DNA of 64,000 nt. Source: Candidatus Acidiferrum sp. (GTDB lineage: Bacteria > Acidobacteriota > Terriglobia > Acidiferrales > UBA7541). The notes under the pieces are model-generated. The model was not told the origin of the DNA and ran no database searches. It saw only the letters and a program-made list of their open reading frames with translations. The DNA lies in NCBI GenBank assembly GCA_035704085.1, contig DASSXG010000032.1, forward strand, positions 32,748 through 96,747. The letters are read 5' to 3'. The position numbers and the translations under genes are program-made. Shown in pieces: positions 10,366-19,127 of the stretch. Each line of letters opens with the position of its first letter. The stretch's first letter is position 1.

Positions 10366-10716
10366 ATGACGGAAAGCCTGAAAGATTTTCAGAAATTTCG
10401 TGCTGACTTGAATGAGGAAATCCTTGGTTGCGGCCACCTCGGAGTCAAGCGCTTCTTCGCTCTTGACCATCAAGCATACGAACCCGGCCCGCTCGGCACC
10501 AAGGCAAAAGAATTGCTCGGGCTGGTGGCCTCTGCCGTGCTCCGTTGCGACGACTGCATCACGTATCATCTGGTCCGCTGCGGCGAAGAAGGCTGGAAGC
10601 GCGACGAAGTGATTGACGCTTTGAACGTCGCGCTGATCGTCGGCGGTTCCATCACCATCCCGCACGTGCGCCGGGCTTTTGCGCGCATGCGCGAAATCAA
10701 CGGATTGCAGCCCTGA
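10366..10716 (+). CDS. Carboxymuconolactone decarboxylase / AhpD-like protein
   Basis: RBS GGAGGAG; KELLGLVASAVLRCDDCITYH CxxC motif. Confidence 0.85.
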   Translation: MTESLKDFQKFRADLNEEILGCGHLGVKRFFALDHQAYEPGPLGTKAKELLGLVASAVLRCDDCITYHLVRCGEEGWKRDEVIDALNVALIVGGSITIPHVRRAFARMREINGLQP

Positions 10717-10730
10717 AAGATACATCGAGT

Positions 10731-11390
10731 ATGAGCACGACACCCAGCACCGCGCACTCACAACCGGCGTCCGGCGAATCCAAGGGCAGATCAACATTTC
10801 GCGGCTCTCTCATAGAAGTTCTCCTCATCCGGGTTTCGCTTGTTCCAAATCTGCTCCATCTGCGCCGCAGCGCCCGCTCCTGGTTGCTCTTCCGCATATT
10901 CCTGGGGATCGCCGGCGCCGCGCTGGTTATTGCGCCGCTGGGCCTTTCAAATGGCTATATTTTCTCGGTCGCTGGTCTGGCCATGTTCGCTTCGGCTATT
11001 CTTCTCCCGCCGGCCAAGCCCCAGACGAGCGTCAATGAAAAAGCCCATGAACTTGGTGCTATTCTCGTCGTGAATGGCGGCAGATTTCGGCCCATGGACG
11101 CCTCGTCTTCCGTCGCGGTTCACTTCTTTGTCAGTGCGGAACGTGTCTCCGTCCTCGATGCAGACCTCCAGCCGCTCCTCGAGATTCCCGGCGGCGAAAT
11201 CACCTCCGTCCGCGCGGTGCAAACCGAAAGAGGCTGGCTCCTTCGAGTATCTTGGGCTAATAACGCGGTGGAATTCTCCTATCGCGGCATCTTCGCAGAG
11301 CACCTCACGCGCGTCGCCGAAAGCGCCATACGCAGTGTGATGCGCCACTCCCTGCCCGTCATCCCGCAAACCCGCGCCGCCAGCGCCTGA
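10731..11390 (+). CDS. Hypothetical membrane protein
   Basis: 219-aa ORF directly after the CMD gene; two hydrophobic segments followed by a soluble beta-rich domain. Confidence 0.65.
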   Translation: MSTTPSTAHSQPASGESKGRSTFRGSLIEVLLIRVSLVPNLLHLRRSARSWLLFRIFLGIAGAALVIAPLGLSNGYIFSVAGLAMFASAILLPPAKPQTSVNEKAHELGAILVVNGGRFRPMDASSSVAVHFFVSAERVSVLDADLQPLLEIPGGEITSVRAVQTERGWLLRVSWANNAVEFSYRGIFAEHLTRVAESAIRSVMRHSLPVIPQTRAASA

Positions 11391-11456
11391 TTTTCTTCGC
11401 GGAACTTTTCCCCGCATAATCCGCGCGATCCTGGCAAACTGTGTCAGAATATAGGA

Positions 11457-11702
11457 ATGGCTCGTGGCTGGGAAAGCAAGGGCGTCGAATCACAGGTCGA
11501 AGAGACGCAGACTCCCAAGGAAAAATCGGGTTCAGGGGCGAAAACTCCCGAACAGCTCATGCGCGAGCAGCAGCGCAAAGATTTGCAGCTTTCGCGCACC
11601 CGCGTTGTGAACGATCTCGCCGCCGCCACTCACCCGAATCATCGCAAGTCCCTTGAAGCCGCCCTCGCCCACCTCGACAAAAAAATCTCCGAACTCAGCT
11701 AG
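11457..11702 (+). CDS. Small helical hypothetical protein (MARGWESK...)
   Basis: 81-aa coiled-coil-like ORF with host-like codon usage; extended -10 TGtCAGAAT ends 6 nt upstream. Confidence 0.75.
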   Translation: MARGWESKGVESQVEETQTPKEKSGSGAKTPEQLMREQQRKDLQLSRTRVVNDLAAATHPNHRKSLEAALAHLDKKISELS

Positions 11703-11753
11703 CCGTTTTCTCCTGCCAGCTCACTCTGCTTCTAATCGCTATCAAGCTGCAAG

Positions 11754-11780
11754 TGTCATCCTGAGCGAAGGATCTCAACC
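11754..11780. repeat. REP-like extragenic repeat, copy 1
   Basis: TGTCATCCTGAG-CGAAGGATCTCAACC; both arms recur at 20519-20564. Confidence 0.65.
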
Positions 11781-11812
11781 CATGCGCTTTTCGGCAGTAA
11801 CAAACTTCATGG

Positions 11813-12982
11813 TCAGTCCGTAAAAACCACTCCCACCGCGCTATGCCCTTTTTCCACATCGGCATCAATTCGCACCACGTATCCGCGCAGCTTCATCAAT
11901 TGCACCCCATCCTCTCCCGGCGCTTCCATGGTGACTTGCAGCTCCGATTGCAGCCGCGGCAGGTGCTTCAACGAAATCATCGCGCCTTGCAGCGATACAT
12001 CGCGCACGATGGTCTCTTCCTCAAAATCCTTTCCGCCCTCCGTCACGCCGCAAACTTTCGCGTGGAATTGCGCTTCGCGGCGCAGTGCCGTGCGCGTGCC
12101 CGGCATGTGCGCTTGCACCGTGTCGCCCGGCCCGCCCAGTGTGATCACCATGCCTTCGCTCGCGGCAAACACCGAATCGAAATCCTCGCGCGCCTGCTTC
12201 AGGATCGAATCAACCATGCGGTCGGTCGAGTCCGGATCATGATGAAATAGCACCAGGGTCTTTGCCCCGGCGTGTCGCGCCAGTTTCACTCCCTCCAGCC
12301 ACGACGAATGTCCCCAGCCCTTCCTCGTCGTCTCCAACTGATCGGGCGTGAACTGCGCATCGTTAATGAGAAGGTCCGCTCCGGCGGCCAGCTCGCGCAG
12401 GCCTTCATCAAGCTTCGCGTCTCCCGGCTCGTTATCGGTGGCGTAGGCGACGGTCCCGGCAGGCGTCTCGATGCGAAAGCCCAGGCAGCCCTGTGGGTGG
12501 TTCAGCCAGCGCGCGGTTATTTTATTTTCTCCTACCAGGAACGAATCGCCGTCGTCTACTTCTTTGAATTTCCTCTTCGCATTCATCGCGGACATGTCCA
12601 CGGGAAAATAGGGCAGCGCCATTTGCGCTTCAAACACTTGTTTCAAGCTGTCGCGCCCCAGGAATTTTGACCGGAAGCTGTAGAAATGAAATTCATTGTT
12701 TTCCACGTACAGCGGCGCGAAAAACGGTATTCCTTGGATGTGATCCCAGTGGTAATGCGTCACAAAGATATGCGTCCCCGGGATTCCTGCTCCGTTTGGC
12801 GCGGCCCAGCGGCTTCCCAGCATGCGCAGCCCTGTCCCGCAATCCAGAATAAACTGTGTGCCGTCCGGCGCCATCAATTCCACGCAAGGCGTGTTTCCGC
12901 CATAGCGCCACGTTGCCGGGTCCACCGTCGGCGTCGATCCGCGCACGCCCCAGAAGTTCAATTTGGCAATCGGAACAGTCAT
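11813..12982 (-). CDS. MBL-fold metallo-hydrolase (PhnP/phosphodiesterase-like) with C-terminal PilZ domain
   Basis: FWGVRGS, YGGNTPC, DCGTG, THYHWDH, NHP, TDNE, GWGHS, FHHDP; C-terminal RTALR (RxxxR) and DVSLQG (DxSxxG), ending VGVVF. Confidence 0.85.
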   Translation of the reverse strand: MTVPIAKLNFWGVRGSTPTVDPATWRYGGNTPCVELMAPDGTQFILDCGTGLRMLGSRWAAPNGAGIPGTHIFVTHYHWDHIQGIPFFAPLYVENNEFHFYSFRSKFLGRDSLKQVFEAQMALPYFPVDMSAMNAKRKFKEVDDGDSFLVGENKITARWLNHPQGCLGFRIETPAGTVAYATDNEPGDAKLDEGLRELAAGADLLINDAQFTPDQLETTRKGWGHSSWLEGVKLARHAGAKTLVLFHHDPDSTDRMVDSILKQAREDFDSVFAASEGMVITLGGPGDTVQAHMPGTRTALRREAQFHAKVCGVTEGGKDFEEETIVRDVSLQGAMISLKHLPRLQSELQVTMEAPGEDGVQLMKLRGYVVRIDADVEKGHSAVGVVFTD

Positions 12983-13169
12983 TGTCCCTGAGCGCAAGTC
13001 TCCCGTGTGATTCCTGTCTCGGCGCCAACGGGCGCGGAACGGGAAGCTGGATTCATCCTCGCAGCCGCCGGGAAGAGCGTCAATTCATTCCCGGAAGGGG
13101 CGTGTCATACTGCCCAATAAGCAACGGAGAAGGCTGCGAAGTGTCTTGCGAGCAGGTAGAATGAGTGCG

Positions 13170-14141
13170 ATGGGCGCGCACTCGCATGGCCACGATCCTA
13201 TTCATGGGGATCATGCTCATTCTCACGAGCACGGTCACGCCGGCCATACTCACGTGACTTTGCGCCCCGCGGTGCTCGGCTGGGCCATGGCCGCGACGCT
13301 CGGTCTTGTCCTCGCGGAGATTTTCGGCGGCATCTTCGGCCGCAGCGTCGCCCTCTTGAACGACGCGGTCCACAATTTGTCCGACGTCCCGGCCCTGGGC
13401 ATTTCCTATCTCGCCATGCGCTGGGCGGAGCGCCCGGCCGACACGGAAAAGACCTACGGCTATCACCGCGCGGGCACACTCGCCGCATTCACCAATGCTT
13501 TTGTTCTCGTTTTGCTTTCGCTGTGGCTTGGCTACGCCGCTGTCGAGCGCTTCCGCTCCCCGGTGGCAATCGTCGAAAGCTGGATGATCTGGACTTCCGT
13601 CGGCGCGCTTGCGGTGAATGGCGGCATTACGCTCGCTTTAGTCCGCGGCCGCGGTGACCTCAATCTGCGCAGCATCCTCGTGCACAATTTTGGGGACGCC
13701 CTATCGAATATCGCGATCATCGTCGGCGCTGTGATTATTCACTCCACCGGCGCGAACTGGATCGATCCTCTTCTCGGCCTCGCCATTGGCCTGCTAGTAC
13801 TCTGGTCCAGCGTCGGCATCCTGCGTGAGTCCTCCCATTTACTTCTTGAAGGACGCCCGCGCGAATTGCACGTGGAAGACGTCGCTCGGGCGATACTTAC
13901 CCTCGAAGGCGTGGAGGAGGTCCACGACGTTCACCTTTGGTCTCTCGGCGGCGGCCACAACGCGCTTAGCCTTCACGCCCGAATTCCGGACATGCATCTC
14001 GACGAATGCGAGCGGCTGCTCGCTTCAATCCAGCGGAAAGCCTCTCAAGATTTTGGGATTGATCACACTACGGTACAGTTGGAGCGGGCTGGACTCCCCG
14101 CAAAATCCGGCTATGTCATGCCGGAGCCGGCGAAAAAGTAG
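13170..14141 (+). CDS. Cation diffusion facilitator (CzcD/ZitB-like Zn/Co/Cd efflux)
   Basis: His-rich N-terminus; ALLNDAVHNLSD, KTYGYHR, HNFGD, VHDVHLW, HTTVQLE. Confidence 0.9.
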   Translation: MGAHSHGHDPIHGDHAHSHEHGHAGHTHVTLRPAVLGWAMAATLGLVLAEIFGGIFGRSVALLNDAVHNLSDVPALGISYLAMRWAERPADTEKTYGYHRAGTLAAFTNAFVLVLLSLWLGYAAVERFRSPVAIVESWMIWTSVGALAVNGGITLALVRGRGDLNLRSILVHNFGDALSNIAIIVGAVIIHSTGANWIDPLLGLAIGLLVLWSSVGILRESSHLLLEGRPRELHVEDVARAILTLEGVEEVHDVHLWSLGGGHNALSLHARIPDMHLDECERLLASIQRKASQDFGIDHTTVQLERAGLPAKSGYVMPEPAKK

Positions 14142-14144
14142 TTC

Positions 14145-14945
14145 TTAGGCAGGCAATCGAAAGTTCGAACCGAGTTGCTCGTTGAATTGCTGCGTTGCAT
14201 TCAAGTCCAGCAAATCGCGCGCCACGCTCCGGCGCAATCCTTCGTTGGTGACGTATCGAAGCGTCCCGTTTTCCCACGTATACGCCACCGCAAAAAATAC
14301 CGTTCCATCCTTCCGAACAAATACGTATTCGCCGGTTTCACGTGCCGCCGCGACGTCGGGGTGCGACACGGGCGCCGGTTCTTCTCGAGTTACTCTTGTT
14401 CTTCGCCCTCTGTCGCGAACCTTCACTTCAGAATCTTCAGAGTCCTGCGCTTCGGTGGTCGCCGCAGCGTCGTCAACGGCAGGAGCACCTGGCACGGAAA
14501 ACCCGCCGTCAGAGAACGGGAAGAAGAAGGAAGACCCTAGCCCGCCTTCAATGGATCCCGGCCCGCATACCGCCGCCAGGTGTACCTCATCAAATCCGAG
14601 TCCCGGTGCCCCCGAGCTGCATTCTGGCCGCCGGTTCCTATCGTTACCGACTCTATCGCTATCGAAACGCCGCCGCGTGCCGCTCGACCTCACCGTGTTC
14701 CTGGACGTGGACAAATTTCTTGACCCAGAACGTAGGCCGCTCGGTCTCGCTCCAACGCGTGCTCCAACAACTGGCTGCCCACCCATCGGCCTGCCCGCGT
14801 GCATCATCCCGTTCGGCGCAGCAGCCATCATGTGCGGAGCTACGGGCATGGCGTGAGAACCTAGTGCCATCCCACCTCGTCCTTGCGCTTGCAAAATGCC
14901 GGGGAGTAAAACCGCGAAACCAGCCACAACAATCGGTCGAACCAT
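14145..14945 (-). CDS. Hypothetical exported protein
   Basis: Signal peptide MVRPIVVAGFAVLLPGILQAQ; low-complexity middle; compact C-terminal domain VFVRKDG...LRYVT...LDLNATQQFN...FRLP. Confidence 0.7.
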   Translation of the reverse strand: MVRPIVVAGFAVLLPGILQAQGRGGMALGSHAMPVAPHMMAAAPNGMMHAGRPMGGQPVVGARVGARPSGLRSGSRNLSTSRNTVRSSGTRRRFDSDRVGNDRNRRPECSSGAPGLGFDEVHLAAVCGPGSIEGGLGSSFFFPFSDGGFSVPGAPAVDDAAATTEAQDSEDSEVKVRDRGRRTRVTREEPAPVSHPDVAAARETGEYVFVRKDGTVFFAVAYTWENGTLRYVTNEGLRRSVARDLLDLNATQQFNEQLGSNFRLPA

Positions 14946-15147
14946 GGGGATCACCTGAAGTCCCGTGCTTCCGGGCCTCCAATAGGAAAGATGCACCTGC
15001 TCGCGCTTTGGTTTCAAATCAATTCCATGCTCACTCCCATATCACCGCCTGCTTTACGCCCCCTGCTTGCTCCTCACGCGCAACATGTCCCTCCCCGCTC
15101 TTGCCATGCTTTTCCCCCGCAGGCCAATGTGTTATAACCGTCGGGCC

Positions 15148-15369
15148 GTGGAACGCGCCGCGAAGCGGGAGTATTTTCACGTTCTGGCAGAACCGGGACA
15201 GGCTGCAGCTCTTTCGGCTGCGCCTTCGCGGGGAGGCCAACGCCAGGGAGCTCCGGCTGAAGATGCTTCGTGGTACTGCCCCGTGTGTTCGCAGCCGTTG
15301 GAGTCGCGGCGCTGCAAGTTGATTTGTTCCGTTTGCGGTTACTATATGTCGTGCTCGGACTATTACTAG
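15148..15369 (+). CDS. Small zinc-finger-like protein (CPxC...CxxCG)
   Basis: YCPVCSQPLESRRCKLICSVCGYYMSCSDYY; extended -10 TGtTATAAC at 15130-15138; start codon uncertain. Confidence 0.6.
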   Translation: MERAAKREYFHVLAEPGQAAALSAAPSRGGQRQGAPAEDASWYCPVCSQPLESRRCKLICSVCGYYMSCSDYY

Positions 15370-15417
15370 CTGCATGGCTGATATCGAGGAACGGGCCGCC
15401 TCGCGGTTATCTGTAAT

Positions 15418-15446
15418 TTGACCGCTGCTCGGCCATCGGGTACGAT
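15418..15446 (+). promoter_or_regulatory. sigma70 promoter for the STAS gene
   Basis: TTGACC-N17-TACGAT. Confidence 0.6.
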
Positions 15447-15538
15447 TCACCGCCTTGGGATCATCCATAGTTTGATAAGCTTGGCGGCTCCGGCCCGGGT
15501 TGCCGCCGGAACCGCTTTCCGACGAGGAGGAAAATAAC

Positions 15539-15886
15539 GTGGCTTTGAAGATGACGAACCGCGAAGTGGATGGCGTGGCCGTGGTGGCGCTGGACGGCCG
15601 CATTGTACTCGGCGAGGAAAGCAACGCTCTGCGCGAAAAAGTGAAGTCCCTGATTGCTGAAGGAAAAAAGAAAATCGTCCTCAACATGGACAATGTCACT
15701 TTCATTGACAGCGCCGGGCTCGGCACGCTCGTCGCTGCGCATCACAGCGTGAAGACGCAGGGTGCTTCTCTGCGCCTCTGCCACCTGGGCAGCAAGTTCC
15801 AGGAAGTCTTGCAAATCACCAAGCTGCTGACCGTCTTCGATGTCTTCAACACCGAAGCCGAAGCCGTCGCCAGCTTCTCCAAGTAG
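15539..15886 (+). CDS. STAS-domain anti-sigma factor antagonist
   Basis: RBS GAGGAGG; LDGRI, VTFIDSAGLG phosphoserine motif, LQITKLLTVF. Confidence 0.9.
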   Translation: MALKMTNREVDGVAVVALDGRIVLGEESNALREKVKSLIAEGKKKIVLNMDNVTFIDSAGLGTLVAAHHSVKTQGASLRLCHLGSKFQEVLQITKLLTVFDVFNTEAEAVASFSK

Positions 15887-15921
15887 CGCTTGCATCCGTA
15901 ACCATCATCTCGTAAACGCAA

Positions 15922-15954
15922 AGGGCACGTTCTCGCGTGCCCTCTCTTTATTTT
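15922..15954 (+). terminator. Rho-independent terminator
   Basis: AGGGCACG-ttctcg-CGTGCCCT followed by CTCTTTATTTT. Confidence 0.65.
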
Positions 15955-15984
15955 CCAGATTTATTGTACGAGCTTCCACGCCGC

Positions 15985-16695
15985 ATGAAACCGCTGCCCA
16001 AGCCGGTTCAGAAATCCTTCCAAGCCACGCTCGAGCGCATGGCCTCAAACCTCGGCTGGGTGATCATTCGCATTCCTCTGAACGTCCCCAAAGTTTGGGG
16101 CGTCCGCGGCATGCTCAAGGTCAAGGGCGAAATCAACGGCTTCGCCTTTCGCACCTCCCTCTTCCCCACCGGCAAGGGCTATCACTACCTCCTCGTCAAC
16201 AAACGCATGCAAGCCGGCGCCCATGCCCGTGCCGGCGACACGGCCCGGTTCCAAATCGAACCGGATCTCGAAAAACGCCAAGCCGCCGTCCCCGCGGAAC
16301 TCAAGCGCGCCCTTTCCGAAGACCGCTCGCTCCTTCGCTGGTTCGACAAACTCAGCTACTCCATCCGCAAATGGATCTCCGACTGGGTCGGGCAACCCAA
16401 GAGCGCAGCATGCCGCGAACGCCGCGCCGAGCAAGTCGCCGAGCAATTGCTCTCCACCATGGAAGCCGAACGCGAACTCCCTCCCATCCTCAAAGCCGCC
16501 TTCGCCCGCGATCCCCGCGCCCTCAAGGGCTGGCAACTCATGTCCCCGACGCGCCGCCGCGGCCAACTCCTCGCCATCTTCTATTATCGCAACCCTGAAT
16601 CGCGTAACCGCCGCGTTGTCAAAGTCCTCGAGGAAGCCCTGGCCCTCGCAGAAAGAAAGATGAGTGAGAACACTGGCCAGCACCGCGAGATCTGA
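15985..16695 (+). CDS. DUF1905 + YdeI/OmpD-associated domain protein
   Basis: VKGEINGFAFRTSLFP then VPAELKRAL...FDKLSYSIRK..W...K...RERR; a second OmdA-like repeat LPPILKAAF...W..MSPTRRR...ESRNRRV. Confidence 0.75.
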   Translation: MKPLPKPVQKSFQATLERMASNLGWVIIRIPLNVPKVWGVRGMLKVKGEINGFAFRTSLFPTGKGYHYLLVNKRMQAGAHARAGDTARFQIEPDLEKRQAAVPAELKRALSEDRSLLRWFDKLSYSIRKWISDWVGQPKSAACRERRAEQVAEQLLSTMEAERELPPILKAAFARDPRALKGWQLMSPTRRRGQLLAIFYYRNPESRNRRVVKVLEEALALAERKMSENTGQHREI

Positions 16696-16821
16696 ACGTC
16701 TAATTGTGCGATTTGACCGTTTGGTCAGATCGTTCGATGGAACGCTTCGCGGTCCTGTTTTCATCTATTGCGAAACGCCTTTTTCTTGCATCTAAGCAAC
16801 AGGGGGGAGGATCAATGACCG

Positions 16822-17262
16822 ATGCCCGCACAGACTAAGTGGCGTGCGCTGATTGCGGCGTGCGGTCTCCTGGTCACCGTCCTCGCTTCTCGCGTTTTCT
16901 ATTTCCAAGAGCTGTTTTTCGCTTTCCTTTTCTTTGCAGTCGCGTATTTGATCCTCGTGCTGCTGGTGGGGCTTGCCCTTGGCCTCTGGTTCCTCTATGC
17001 GCGCGCAGTCGTTTATCTTGCGCTCCATGTGACTAACCAAGGGCGCAACGCCATGCCGTTGCTTCGTATCTTCGTCTTATGTCTCGCTCCAACGGTCACA
17101 AAAACAGCCGATGCCGTGTCCGGCGCCCAGCAGGTCTTGCTCTATCCGTTCCGAGGCTTGCTCCTCGGCTGGCTGGAATCTTTCCGCCTCGATGCCGCTC
17201 AATTCCGCGAGGACGCCGAGCGCGCCGTCAGGCACATGCGTTTCCGCGTTAAGCAAAGCTGA
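16822..17262 (+). CDS. Hypothetical membrane protein
   Basis: Strong RBS GGGGGGAGG upstream; hydrophobic N-terminal half. Confidence 0.6.
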   Translation: MPAQTKWRALIAACGLLVTVLASRVFYFQELFFAFLFFAVAYLILVLLVGLALGLWFLYARAVVYLALHVTNQGRNAMPLLRIFVLCLAPTVTKTADAVSGAQQVLLYPFRGLLLGWLESFRLDAAQFREDAERAVRHMRFRVKQS

Positions 17263-17392
17263 GCGCTTTCCCTTATCTTGTACTTACACGTGTGGCGCCG
17301 CGCTTCAACCGGCATTCATGTGTTTCGGAATCAATTGGGCTCATAGCTCCCGTTATCTTTTGCCGCCATCCCACTTGGGCTAGAATCTGTCC

Positions 17393-18199
17393 ATGATCGA
17401 ACAACTGGAGAGAGCGCATTACCGCGAAGCCCTGCTCAGGGATGACCCTCGTTACTCCGACCCCAAACGTCTTTTCCGATATTCGTACAAAGTTTTTTCC
17501 CAGGACGATGAAGATGGCGCCATCGCGGAAATCTTCCGCCGCATCGGCGCGGAGCGCCGGCGCTTTATCGAAATAGGAGTAGGCGATGGTCTCGAATGCA
17601 ACACCCTCAATTTGCTTCTGCAGGGATGGTCGGGCCATTGGATTGACACCGATAAGAAGGGCTTCGCCCGGATCCGCGTGCGCTTCGGTATGTTTCTTGG
17701 CATCACCCTGGGAAGCCACCTCCACTTCGTGAACGCCGAGAATATCGACAAGTTTCTCGCTCCGCTTTGCCCCGGCGGTGAGCTTGACTTGCTCAGCATC
17801 GACATCGACGGCAATGACTATTGGGTGTGGAACGCCATAACTTCCATTCAGCCTCGCGTCGTGGTCATTGAGTACAACGCCAGTTGGCATCCGCCCCTCA
17901 GCATAACCATCGAGTACAATCAAGATTTCAAGTGGGACGAGACCAACTATTTCGGCGCCAGCCTCTCCGCGCTCACGGAGCTCGGCGCGAAAAAGGGTTA
18001 CAATCTGGTGGGATGTTGTTTCTCAGGCTCGAATGCCTATTTTGTGCGACGTGATCTTTGCGGCAGCCACTTTGCCGAGCCATTCACCGCCGAGAATCAT
18101 TACGAGCCGCCTCGCTATTGGATCATTGGTCCTGCAGGGCACCGGCCAGGGTTTGGGCCGGTTACTGTTTTTCCAGCAAGCTCTGCGAAATCGAAATAG
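17393..18199 (+). CDS. FkbM-like (Methyltransf_21-related) protein
   Basis: FSQDDEDG, FIEIGVGDG, LDLLSIDIDGNDYWVW, PRVVVIEYN, GASLSAL, NAYFV. Confidence 0.7.
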   Translation: MIEQLERAHYREALLRDDPRYSDPKRLFRYSYKVFSQDDEDGAIAEIFRRIGAERRRFIEIGVGDGLECNTLNLLLQGWSGHWIDTDKKGFARIRVRFGMFLGITLGSHLHFVNAENIDKFLAPLCPGGELDLLSIDIDGNDYWVWNAITSIQPRVVVIEYNASWHPPLSITIEYNQDFKWDETNYFGASLSALTELGAKKGYNLVGCCFSGSNAYFVRRDLCGSHFAEPFTAENHYEPPRYWIIGPAGHRPGFGPVTVFPASSAKSK

Positions 18200-18289
18200 A
18201 GAGTCCTGCTCATTAGATGACGGCCTCGGCTCTCGTCAAAGTAGACTTGGCACCCAGGTGCCGTTCGTGGCGCGGTTACACGCGGGGCT

Positions 18290-19024
18290 TCAGTGCGTGA
18301 ATGCTAACGTTCCAAAATGTTCGGGCACGTGGTTGGGGTCGCGGTTGACGACGCACGTCGGCTGCCAGCACATGAAGTGACGCTGCGGATCGGCCCCCAG
18401 CCCATCTATGCGGTAGAGGTTGACCCGCCATTTTGTGCCCCCGCTTACCGGTTTTTCGCTCACGGCCTTCAACGGCACGCGCGCCGCGGCATACCAAACG
18501 TGGTTCTTTTCATCGATTCGTCCCTGCCGCTGCCACCCGGAATTCCAGGTCGCGTCGTAGCTGTCTCGGTTGAGGTCGATGGCCAGATCCACCCAGTCGC
18601 CCGTTGGCGCAATCTCGAACTCGCGATAGTGCTTGATGTCTGCCCAATCGTCGCCCAGAAAGAATTCGACTACGTCGCGGTCCCACAGTTTGAGCCGGTC
18701 TTTGCTGTTATCCGCGGGGAGCCAGAGATTCAGCTCGTTGTAGGGCGAGATGAACAGCAGGTAGAGATCGGTGTCGGTCCAAAATCCGCGCACCTCGGTC
18801 TTCAGTTTTGGATAGTCCATCTGCTGCGTGCAGTCCTTCTCGATCCAGGTGGACGACGCGTGCGACCAGGTCGCCGAGTGCGGATCCGTGGTCAGCTCCT
18901 GCGGCTCCGCAACGTGGGGGACGGAAAAAGAGGCTGTCGGCGAGGAAACCTCGCACACCTCCCACGCGAATGCAAGAACAGGCATAAGTAACACCGCGAA
19001 CAGCACGTGTTTGCTAGATATCAT
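18290..19024 (-). CDS. Exported carbohydrate-binding family 9-like protein
   Basis: Signal peptide; LYLLF, LWDRDVVEFF, YREFEIAPTG, WRVNLYR, HVPEHFG. Confidence 0.75.
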   Translation of the reverse strand: MISSKHVLFAVLLMPVLAFAWEVCEVSSPTASFSVPHVAEPQELTTDPHSATWSHASSTWIEKDCTQQMDYPKLKTEVRGFWTDTDLYLLFISPYNELNLWLPADNSKDRLKLWDRDVVEFFLGDDWADIKHYREFEIAPTGDWVDLAIDLNRDSYDATWNSGWQRQGRIDEKNHVWYAAARVPLKAVSEKPVSGGTKWRVNLYRIDGLGADPQRHFMCWQPTCVVNRDPNHVPEHFGTLAFTH

Positions 19025-19127
19025 TGGTTATGTTATTGGCCCTTCTCAACTCCGGCCCAATTTCTTTCCTTCTTGATGGAAAGCCGGTGCAGATTATAGC
19101 GCCTCCGCCCTCTGCGCAGGTACAGGC

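Noticed and set aside
13057-13142. Possible NiCo (czcD) riboswitch upstream of the CDF gene; TCGCAGCC/GGCTGCGA and CCGGGAA/TTCCCGG stems are present
   Set aside because: The conserved NiCo junction sequences are absent, and a -10 box at 13157 suggests the CDF transcript starts downstream of this structure.
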